A stretch of 64,000 nt of DNA. Source: Phoronis australis. Taxonomy: Eukaryota > Animalia > Phoronida. Made by a program: the position numbers and the translations under genes. Below, piece after piece: positions 42,501 to 53,000 of this stretch (positions within the stretch are counted from its first letter, which is position 1; the number at the start of each line of letters is the position of its first letter). The stretch covers positions 319,077-383,076 of the forward strand of contig NMRA01000182.1 in the NCBI GenBank assembly GCA_002633005.1. Direction: 5' to 3'. The notes beneath the pieces were generated by a model. It was not told where the DNA came from, made no database searches, and was given only the letters and a program-made list of their open reading frames with translations.

Positions 42501-43982
42501 ATTAAAGGACTCCCCGCTTTAGAAAAATTAGACATTTCCCGACAGTCCCCAATAGTTGCCAACCTTTTAAGACTGTATGAACCATGCTATTACAATTTGT
42601 GAACTGAGACAGTATGACCACTAACACAGAAACATTGACAATTCCTGGTAAATGTAATGTATAAGCATGTTGGTCTGGTATATGCCAAGCAACACTTTTC
42701 AGCCAAAATCTTAAGTACACCAGAACCAGGTTTTCTCCTCCTAAGTCTAAAGGGTCCACTTTGAGTTATGCAAAATCTGTCTGAGTCATAGTGTTGTTCC
42801 TCCTTCTATTACACAAAGCAAACAGTGCTGACCCTCTATGAAGCTGAACCTACCAATTTTATGGTGAAAAAAACAGCCAGGTTACTCGTATCACAAGAAA
42901 ACTTGGCACTGCATTCAGGCAATTTTGGTTAATCATAACTGATCATAAAAGATTTTTATTTTAATTCATATGAACCATTTCTATGATATTATGATATTAA
43001 TGACTGACGAGAATTCATAATAATGGTTGACATGATTCATCACGCAACATTTACCACTTATACAATTTCTTATCACTGAATAATGATGAATGATCAAATG
43101 AGGTTTTCTATGAATGATACTAAACGAGGATCAAACTGATCATCAGAATGATTTAAATTTGTGTCAACCAAAATGAGAGTGTACATGCATTGTGTTGAGC
43201 ACCCATTATTACCTTCATTTTTATAAAACCATTTAATAGACAGGACAGGTATGTGATCAACATGAAGGACACCAGATGGCTCCACTTGTCTGACTATTCC
43301 TTGCAATCTCGTGTGTTTCTTTATGAACTGTGGAGGTATGTCAGCAAGTGAACACAGCTTCTTAGACTGAAATAACATGGAACTGTCATCAGTGATCTAA
43401 ATTAGAAATTATAGTATACAAAAGATTAACTAATAAAATACTCATTTGATACCAGCATGATTGCCTTTTGTCAATGATTCAATCTCACGACTGCAGACAC
43501 CAGCTAAGCAACAAGGCCGCCGCTGATCCCAAGCATACTAACAGAATGATTATAAGACTAATGATAACCACAACAAAACATTTGTTCATAACAATTTCAA
43601 AATCAGAGCTATATTTACCAGCATAAACCAACTCACCAAATGTGTATGTCTCACAATCAATCCTATACCAAAGATGCCGACAGCATACTTCACATACTGA
43701 AAACAGAAAATGATTTTCATGACTCGCACTCAACATATGTGTAGGCTGAGTTCAGCAAAAAGGAAACGAGATTCAGGCATTAGAGATAAAAAAGGCTTTC
43801 TCACCAGCCTCTGTGATGCATTCCTTGGTTAACTTAATAGTGCGACTGTGCCTTCAGTAAACTGTTTTCAAAAGTTGTCCTAAGTTAGCAATATAGAACT
43901 GCCTCCAAAGGTGCAAGATACTAACCCCAATTTCACGGACATGTTGATCTGCAAATTCTCCCAGACGGTTTAACCAGTCCAT
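39517..43982 (-). CDS. C3orf33: C3orf33 homolog (N-terminal hydrophobic segment plus SNase-like OB fold), ~256 aa
   Basis: Exons 43982-43926 (MDWLNRLGEFADQHVREIG), 43696-43637 (YVKYAVGIFGIGLIVRHTHL), 43366-43213 (SKKLCSLADIPPQFIKKHTRLQG..HVDHIP; second copy 41705-41552), 40391-40243 (LLPVSLCGV..VWFKLVG), 39867-39517 (SVNLNEHLVACGLA..LLKAELKAEKNGKGMW..*). Phases consistent. Confidence 0.85.
40376..43507. repeat. near-identical tandem duplication (40376-41846 vs 42017-43507) including C3orf33 exon 3; probably uncollapsed haplotypes
   Basis: Second copy starts right after N at 42016; first copy diverges into unrelated sequence at 41847-42015. Confidence 0.85.
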
Positions 43983-44135
43983 TCTAAGTTCTACTTTGAA
44001 GCCAAGTCAATATGCTTTTGACACAGTTACTGAGAACTATGTAGGACAGCATTTATCATCTCAACATCACTTGGATTGGGAGTCTGTTGTCTGGAAAGAA
44101 AGAACAATGACGCTTTAAACTTGGAAGATTAAAGG

Positions 44136-44780
44136 TTCTATAGGAGCTTCATATGCCGGAAGCTTTTCGGCAAATTATATGCCTCACACTGATTAAAACA
44201 TCAAAGTCACATTATTATAAGTACCTTTTGAACATAGAGGGTCACCTTAGGAGGCCGTCTATTTCTTTAATTCCTTCCAACAAATACTCCCATAATCCGG
44301 AACTTTTTCTTCCAGGCGTTCTTCGCCGTTCAAATCGTCCAAATCGCCAATTGGCCATTTTTACAAAGCGTGCTATTTTTACCGTGCCTGCCATGCAGGA
44401 GCGGCAGTGTTCATAATGGCCAGTTGCCCACTTGGGCAACTGAACAAAGGACTGCTCAAAGAAAAAGTTTGATTACTGGAGGATTTGAGTCTGAAGGAAT
44501 TCAACAATACGAGGGCCTCCTAACATGGGCAGCGCACCATCATAGGGGGCTGGGGGCTATACCCCTCTTTTTTCAGTGCTACGCTGCACATGGTCTACAG
44601 GCGATGCACCACAGGGGGGCTCAAGCCCCCTCCCCCCACTTTTTTCAGTGCTACATCGTCCATGCCTTAGGTTCTATCCGGAAAAGGTACGCTAATAACA
44701 ATGTAACTTTGACGTTTTAATCATGCAGTGTGAAGCATAATTCGCTGAAAGGCACTTCGGCGTATGAAGCTCCTACAGAA
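44136..44780. mobile_element. long-TIR foldback element just upstream of the C3orf33 ATG
   Basis: TTCTATAGGAGCTTCATATGCCG pairs with CGGCGTATGAAGCTCCTACAGAA and imperfect pairing continues inward; right half resembles 21240-21450 and 22870-23060. Confidence 0.75.
44524..44664. mobile_element. MITE (CATGGGCGGCGC-type TIRs) nested in the foldback element
   Basis: CATGGGCAGCG...CGTCCATG; homologous to 62465-62612. Confidence 0.75.
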
Positions 44781-44813
44781 GTTCAACCATTTCTACTGGG
44801 GCCAGCTAGAGAC

Positions 44814-46409
44814 TGTGACCATTGTCTAGCAAGACAAGGGCAAGAGTCTTCTGTCAAGACCGTCAGCCAGACCAAAAACATGGAATATTCACAAATTCAG
44901 TTTTCCGACTTACAATAGACAGTGCAACCTGACCACCACAAACGATATAATGGGTGAAAAAGGTGTCAGCGAGCCGATGTCTTTGGCAACCGAGGCATTA
45001 TGGATAAATGCTGGAAGCTGCCAGAGACCGTCTTTGCTGGAAGTGTGGTAGCCGAGGTAGTAGGCAACTAGCAGAGGCCACAAGTACTGTTACACTGCAG
45101 CCACGGTGGGTTTTTTTTTTGCACTGTCGAGAAAGTAAATTACCATAATGAGGCTACTTCGAGAAAGGAATTTTCAAGAAAATGCAAATAGTTTGATTTT
45201 CTTGTGCTTATGAATATGGAGACAATGAGAAAATTCCATTGATTAATCTGGCGATAGCTTCTTTTTTCTTTAAAATGGCGGCTCCCTGTCAAAGGATTAA
45301 AGTTGAGTTCTAAGTAAGTAAACTACTAGTAAGTAAGGAAGTAAGTAAAATGTTTATTTTACATCGGTATGGAACAGGTCAACATCAAAACAGTAGCACA
45401 AGTGCTAGTGACCGATATAAAATGAGAAATGAATATGTACATGATTTCGGTATTGTTTGATTCCTGGCATCATTATCATTCCAAATATATAGTCCGATTA
45501 CCTCTCGTCGTCAGTCTCCAAAGGTCGTCCGCCATCTTGTTTCGCGTGCAGCGCTGCCACGCGGGACTTAGCGTTCCAATTTGGAACGCTCGTCTGCACG
45601 TTAGGTACTAACCTCTCGGGAGAAACACGCGTGGAAGAACTGAGACTAAAATTAATGCATTTACCGACTGTTTTTTTGAGACCACTTAAAAACTTGTTGA
45701 TTTTACTAATGCACTTTTTTGTTCATTTTCAGAAGATATTTTCGAAATTAAATTTTCTTCAGACGGAACAAAAAGCAACNTGTGATCATTGTCTAGCAAG
45801 ACAAGGGCAAGAGTCTTCTGTCAAGACCGTCAGTCAGACCAAAAAACATGGAATATTCACAAATTCAGTTTTCCGACATACAATAGACAGTGCAATCTGA
45901 CCACCACAAACAATATAATGGGTGAAAAAGGTGTCAGCGAGCCGATGTCTTAGGCAACCGAGGCATTATGGATAAATGCTGGAAGCAGCCAGAGACCGTC
46001 TTTGCTGGAAGTGTGGTAGCCGAGGTAGTAGGCAACTAGCAGAGGCCACAAGTACTGTTACACTGCAGCCACGGTGGTTTTTTTTTTTGCACTGTCGAGA
46101 AAGTAAATTACCATAATGAGGCTACTTCGAGAAACGAATTTTCAAGAAAATGCAAATAGTTTGATTTTCTTGTGCTTATGAATATGGAGATAATGAGAAA
46201 ATTCCATTGATTAATCTGGCGATAGCTTCCTTTTTCTTTAAAATGGCGGCTCCCTGTCCAAGGATTAAAGTTGAGTTCTAAGTAAGTAAAGTACTAGTAA
46301 GTAAGGAAGTAAGTAAAATGTTTATTTTACATCGGTATGGAACAGGTCAACAGCAAAACAGTAGCACAAGTGCTAGTGACCGATATAAAATGAGAAATGA
46401 ATATGTACA
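44814..46409. repeat. near-identical tandem duplication (44814-45441 vs 45781-46409), probably uncollapsed haplotypes
   Basis: Second copy starts after N at 45780; first copy continues with sequence matching 47348-47395, then enters a transposon. Confidence 0.85.
45490..45779 (+). mobile_element. left arm of the TA-flanked transposon, truncated by contig join
   Basis: Matches 24366-24619; inserted at CCAAATATA, whose empty-site version CCAAATATA|CGTGG is at 47387-47400. Confidence 0.85.
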
Positions 46410-46460
46410 AAAGAGATAGAAGGGCTATGCACAAAGGTATTCAAGCATACATGACTTATC

Positions 46461-46783
46461 CAGTGACGGATCTAGGATATCATAAGGGGGGAATTAACAT
46501 GTTGCCTTGGGGAATTGCACAAAGCGCAATTGTATGTGCAGCACAGGCGGCCCAAACGTTGCGGGGGCCGGGAATGTAAACCTTCTGTTCATAAAATCTA
46601 TCAGTGGAGCAAAAAAACGGGAATGCGATTCCGTTCCGCCGCGATCTGTGGTCTGAGCCCCCCTTCTCCGCTACCGGTCCTAGTTACTAAGCATAATATT
46701 TTCTCACACTTCACGCTGCTGCTGTTTTTCGTTTTGCTTGCGGCAGCCAAGGGGGGGGGGGGTACCCCCTAAATCCACCTATG
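46461..46783. mobile_element. hAT-like MITE with 7-bp target-site duplication
   Basis: CAGTGACGGATCTAGG...CCTAAATCCACCTATG flanked by ACTTATC at 46454-46460 and 46784-46790. Confidence 0.75.
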
Positions 46784-49700
46784 ACTTATCAAGCATCCTC
46801 AAAAGACAGTATTTGACAGCGTATGCAAGTTGGCATTCACAAGATTGGTGTATATGGCGGCTTAACTTACTAATAAAGATCTTGGCAACATCTTATACAG
46901 GTAACTTGTTCCATAAAGATACCCCCTGGTGGTGAATAGGATGTAGTGGTGAACCTTGAAACACACAGAGTGTTGTTTCTCCATACTTCATAAGGCAGAC
47001 GTCTGAGAACAAAACACTGGAGAGGGCAAGGGGCTATCTGATTCCTATGCTTGAAAACAGCCACCCCAAGATATTGTAGCCTTTGAACAAGAAGCAGAGT
47101 GGAGTTTGATTTAGTAAGTTTTCAAAAATTATCCATTTTTACAATATTTCACATATGTCTAGCAAAATACCTTATCATTATTCTGGGATAACTTCAAATG
47201 CAAAATATACCATTTAGCCAGAAAAAAAAGATTTAGTACAACCACCTTCAACAATGTCAATGTGGAAATTTGTTTACAACTCATACGAGGTCAAAGATTA
47301 CAGGGCTGGGTAACTGTTTACAATATGACGACATTGAGCTACTCACATGATTTCGGTATTGTTTGATTCCTGGCATCATTATCATTCCAAATATACGTGG
47401 AAATGCCATCTATCCCATTCTTTTAGTGTTTTATCATCAAATTCTGCTCACACCATTTCCCAGTAGTGATGCCACAATGGATGGAGTCATGTGGTGGCCA
47501 ATCTGAGCTAGTCTACCAACACTCGTACTCCCAAAGTCTGCAGAGCATCCCTGTTCAGTTCAACCTGACCGAGAACCATCGACCCCGAGCCTGAGCTAAG
47601 GTCCCAAGAGCAAGGGTTTGAATTCCCTGGTTCAGGCGCTAACAAGAATCCGCGAAAAAGGGATTGTTTTCAAGATCCAAATGCATGAAAAGAGTATCAC
47701 ATCAGAGAATTTCGTGGAATAGGGTGCCCCTTGTTGCTCCATGTTATGCTAGGAAAACTTTAAAGGGGATTTCGCGGGCAAACACCATTCAGAATCGATG
47801 ATGCTGTCACTTTGCTAAGCAACAGGTGTCGCTGTAATCTTGAGTTGAGCGAACAAGGCAGTGTCAACCGGGAAATAGTGCAAACAGAAATTTGACGATA
47901 AAATAGTGAGGAAATGCGCTAGGGGACACATTCATATATTTCTGTAATGAGAATGATAAGCGGAATGGAACGATTCCAATATCATGTGTGTAGGTCAATG
48001 TCATCACATTGTAAACAATTACCCTGGGCTGTCACTTGAATCGAATCTTCCAGTGCCAGGATTAGTGCAGTTGCGTATGTACCCCAGGCCTTTCATCCAC
48101 CGAGTTGTCATAATATTGAATCAACAAGGTATACATAGTATTGAAAGATGCTGTGAAAAACGAAGATAAAACAAAGTTTTTATCCCAAGGGAGTTGTGTG
48201 TCTGCATGCATACGACTATTGAGAACGAATACACATATTCCAAGCCACTGAATCGCCTCTTTGGCTTTGTGTTCACTAACACAGCAAGTTGTTAAAAAAT
48301 ATAATCCTCCCCGAAATTCATTAATTTGATTGGTAATTTGACATTTTGTTGTTTCGACCTCTTGCTTACCGCACACTTTTACCACCAACTCAATTTGTAT
48401 TGTCCTTTTCATACTTGGTTTCTTGATATCATTCTCTCGGTGCATGGTGTGGTATACAATGAACTGGTGGCCTACTTACTGCTGGATCCACCTTCTGACC
48501 TAGGTACATGAAACCCACATACAAAATTAAATCATTTTAGTGATAATTAAGTTAATTACGCAGTGCAAATTCAGTTGACATTGCAAGTGAATGTTGAAAT
48601 AGGGAATATAGTTAAGGCATGTATAGGTTAATATGTTGACCAAAAACAAGTTTTCATCGCAAAATTAAGCAAAATCCGTCAGATTTTGAAGACTCCCGAG
48701 ATTTGCAGCTTTTTCTCAGCTTTGGCAAATTGATGTAATTTGAAAACAGCTCGGTGATCTTCATTGAAACTCTAGTTTTAATATTTATTCACCAGTCTCA
48801 AAAACACTGTTAGAATTTTCCTTTTTTAGAAACACCTAGTTTTTGCATACCATAAGATAGACGAATGTGGTTGTTATTTTTTACAGAAATACCTTATGTT
48901 TTGCAAGTTAATTTGGCATAGAAACAAAAGCAAATGAGTAATCGAAAATTACTAACAGCGTTTTTTGAGGTAAATTGTGATGTTTTCATTTAAAAAGGTT
49001 TAATTAAAATCGACCGAGGGGTTATTTTGTTATATAATTATGTACTTTTCTTAAAAATGAAATTTTGACTTAAAAAAGAAGGTAATGTTATAATAATGGC
49101 ACATCAATATGAAATATATTTTTATTATCTCTGATCTTTTTTCTTTCACAATATATGTATAGCTTTACCAGTTCACAGTCTTGTTTTTTGATGTACTAGT
49201 TCAAATGAAGGACACTAAATAACGTCTATATACAAAAGACGGGTTATTTAACGTACGGAGAGTAAATGAATAGACTAGTCTGAACCTGTTTGGGCTTACT
49301 GGACATTGACTCAAAAGTTATCATCATCTCCCACAGACAACTATTGGTTAGCAACTTGGAGATTTAGTAGGATACAGTCGTGGTGGACTAACTCTCTCCA
49401 CATAAGATCAAAGTTCCACTCATAATAATGGAAATGGATACACTGACGTTGGATCCTTGTTATTAGTGTTATGTGTCAAACTGTTATGACATGCTTTGAC
49501 TAGATATCTTATCTCAACAGGCTATGCACCTGTTGTTTCTTTCAAATTCAGCAAGTCAACGTCTGGAAGACGGTGCTGCATCAAGTAATCGCCTGGATAT
49601 ATACAAGACGAGATTTGACAAGTAGGCAACAGTGGCAGTCACAGCATTGGTATAAAAGGTGAGTTAAGCCATTGATAAATGTATCAAGAGTTTGCAAACA

Positions 49701-50090
49701 TTTTACACTTTATGTAATCTCACTTCACAGAGAAACCTGGTAGTGAAGGGAATTTAGTCCTGGTGATGTGGTGGTGCACCAGGAGACACGTTGAGAGTTT
49801 GTTCCACGTACCTCACAGAAGGGCAGAGGTCTGAAAACAAAACATTGCAACATTCTACCTTCAGTGTTTGTTCTCCTTCTGCCATTTGTTGGCATCTGAC
49901 AGATTATATTATGTAATAAATAGCAGATTGGACTTGTGGGTGCTTCAAAAATATTCAGACTTTTTTGTTATACAGTAGTAGATAGTAATTGTTGAAATTG
50001 TTAATTGAAATATGCTTTAAAAATGTGGTTCTTTTGTTTTCAGAAATTAACAACTGCCTCTTTTCTAGACCAGGTCTGCGAGAAGCTATC

Positions 50091-53000
50091 ATGATGTCAT
50101 CTGTGCAGACAGAAAGTTGTAGATTGGTTCCATCTCCATGCCAAGTTGGTGATAGTGTAGAAGACTTGATCACACCCATATTAGTTGTTGACCTTCCTAA
50201 ATTGGAGAGAAACCTGACGAAGCTTCCTGAACTTCTCAAGAAGTACCCATCTGTTGTGGCCAGAGTGCATACTAAGGCTCACAAAACACCTGCTCTAGCC
50301 AAGATGCAGGTACTGTGAATGTGCGAGGGAAATCAATCTCAAATTGGTAACAGGGTTATTGGAAGTGACCAACTAGGAGGAATATTTTCAATATAGGCCT
50401 GTTAAACTCTGTTAATTTTCTCTACGCGGATTAGAATGTATTTTAAATTTGTGTTTCAACCACCATCTCCTACAGCTACATGATGTCTAAAAATAGGTCA
50501 AAGGTCAGACTTTTCCACAGTCTCCATGTTAACTAAAGAAGGCAATAGTCACTCATAGGGATCCTGGATTTTAAGAACCAGTTTGCTGCCCGTTATTCAG
50601 TGAAAAAACTGGTTCTCAAAATGCTGGACCACTGTAACAATTGCCCTAAAGACTGTTAAACTCCAATTGGTTGTTGCCAAATTTCTCATGTCCGTCTATG
50701 CTGCTGACACATCTTAGCACTTTTAGAAATTATGCTTGAAGTTTTACTTTGTTCTCTGGCACAATGAGATTTAAGCTTGCATGTATCATTTAGCCACAGC
50801 TCTGTAACAAACAGAATCGAGTGAGGTTTCGTTCCTATGGTACAGGTTGCTGTCACGCCGTCTAGCATTTAGGCAGAGAACCAGTCAGATAAAAACAACT
50901 TCAGAACATTATATCTCGGGTTTGGATAATCGAATTTATATGAAACTCTCTTGCTTCTTCGTCAGGAGTGTAGAAATAAGCCCGAGTTTTGAAAGGTTGA
51001 GAACAATTTATTATTACATGGTGTAAACCGAAAAGAAACTTTCACTACCGTAATACTTAGTCGCTATGAAATGACAGGAATTATTTTTAAGTTTTTCCAC
51101 ATTTATGTCAGAGACTATCAAAAATTGGACTTTTGTGATTTTCTTGAAAAAACAAAAATTGCATAAAACGAACATGAGGTCATTATTTAAAAAGCTTTAA
51201 CATTTTTTTTTTTGAGATTTTATCTTTGAACATTTATATTAAATGAAATTTGGTGTTGTTGCTTAGACCGGTGGTGGTCATGTGGCCCAATGGTAAAGAG
51301 TAAAAAAATTCCACAAGATTTCGACTTTCAGAAAACATACAATTTTAATGAAATCAGTTTTTGGCCATAGGAAGATTAAGAAACGCTGCACAAATAAAAA
51401 AGTTCATGTTCATTCAATGTTGAATGAACATGAACTCTTTTATCTGTGCGGCGATCATCCGTTTTTCAATCATCCAATTTTAATTTGTTAAAATGTAGGG
51501 TTTTGTGGTTGTTTGTCTAAATACACTGTCTGGCTTGTCAATAATTCCATGCATAACCTTAATGCAGAACATGGTTGACTTTAGTTGCAGCGTGGCTCAA
51601 ATGGAATATGCTGTCAGATTCTGTCAGAAGCCGAGATGATGGTGAAGGAAGGAATATCAGATATCTTCATACCAAATCAGGTTCAGTTTTCACTGCTATC
51701 ACTCCATAGGCTAGTTTTCATGTGAGCTTAAATTTAAGAAAACTGCTTTGCTTATCAAGTCGAGACATTTTTTCTTGAAGTGGTCTCTTTGTATATTCAA
51801 TACCTGCCAAAATTGATCTGAGAGAATGACCAGAATCCCCCATCATGACGGCTGAGCACAGCTGGAGTTCACCGTTAGGGTAGTTGGTATGAACCTTCAT
51901 GACAGTGTTTTGTCCGATTACTTTTGGTGGGTACTGTAATGGAATTATTGAATTTATTGATTGCAGAAAGAACCATGAATAAGTACGGTAAATGATTATA
52001 ATGATCTTTCACATGGAATTACGAGTAGGTTTTACGTTTTTAACTACAAAAAGTCTATAGAAAACAATATTTACAGAATAACCACAAAAAGCATAGAGAG
52101 AACAAGACTTACAAATTACCGGTAACTGTCAAAAGATAGTGCTGTGTTACAAAGCTACACTACACCACATTCATCGTTTTGAGTCGTATTTTCTTGCCGT
52201 GTCAGGTTGTTGGCGCTAGCAAAGTTAAGAGATTGGCTCAACTGGCCAGCCAGCCTCAAGTTAAGATATCTGTGTGTGTTGACAATGTGGATAATGCGCG
52301 ACAGATCAGTGCTGAGGCTGTGCAGTGTAATGCTACGTTGGACCTTGTTGTGGAAGTTAATGTGGGTCAAAATAGGTTAGTTGCTTGTTTGCATAACAGA
52401 GACAGATGGACCTTCTGTTGATGTAGTGTGTGACTGTTCTCTCAGCTACTTGCTGTCGCTTTATGATTTCCAGCATAAGACAAGGTTGTTCAGTCAAGTG
52501 TTTAAACCACTAGGTATGTTATCAGGTTGTGGGTTCAATTCCTTGGTCTGGAATCTAATATCCAAACTCAAAATTATTATGAATGTCAATGATCCTTAGA
52601 TTCGAGCTACAAACTACAGTTCAGACTCAAACTTATAATATTTGGTGTAAGGGTCACCAAGTGCATACTAGTATTACATTAAAATCTCATTAATTTAGGA
52701 CACACTGTGGCATTTTTCATTATTTACACAAAAGATGTGTAGCATCAGATCAATGTTTTTGTGATGTTCAAGGTCTGTACCATGGCATCCATCAGACAAT
52801 ATTATGGGAATTCACTACATTGTTGTAACCCTTAAAGAATAAAACATGGTAATTATTTTTGTTTGGAATTGGTATCCGTCCATTTTAACCTCAACATACT
52901 GGAGCACAAAGTAACAGACACTCATCTTAAGTTCGTAATAAATTATAACAGAAGATATCAAAAATAATTTGGATTTCGATTTCGGAGATTATTCCCTTGG

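Noticed and set aside
45272-45320. AAAATGGCGG + MAAPCQRIKVEF* + GTAAGT as a first coding exon (second copy at 46240)
   Set aside because: The stop codon precedes the donor; it could be a YY1 site, a uORF or a decayed transposon end, and cannot be resolved from sequence.
49768-49834. Possible C/D-box snoRNA (hairpin TCCTGGTG/CACCAGGA, terminal CTGA)
   Set aside because: No canonical RTGATGA C box, terminal stem or recognisable rRNA antisense element.
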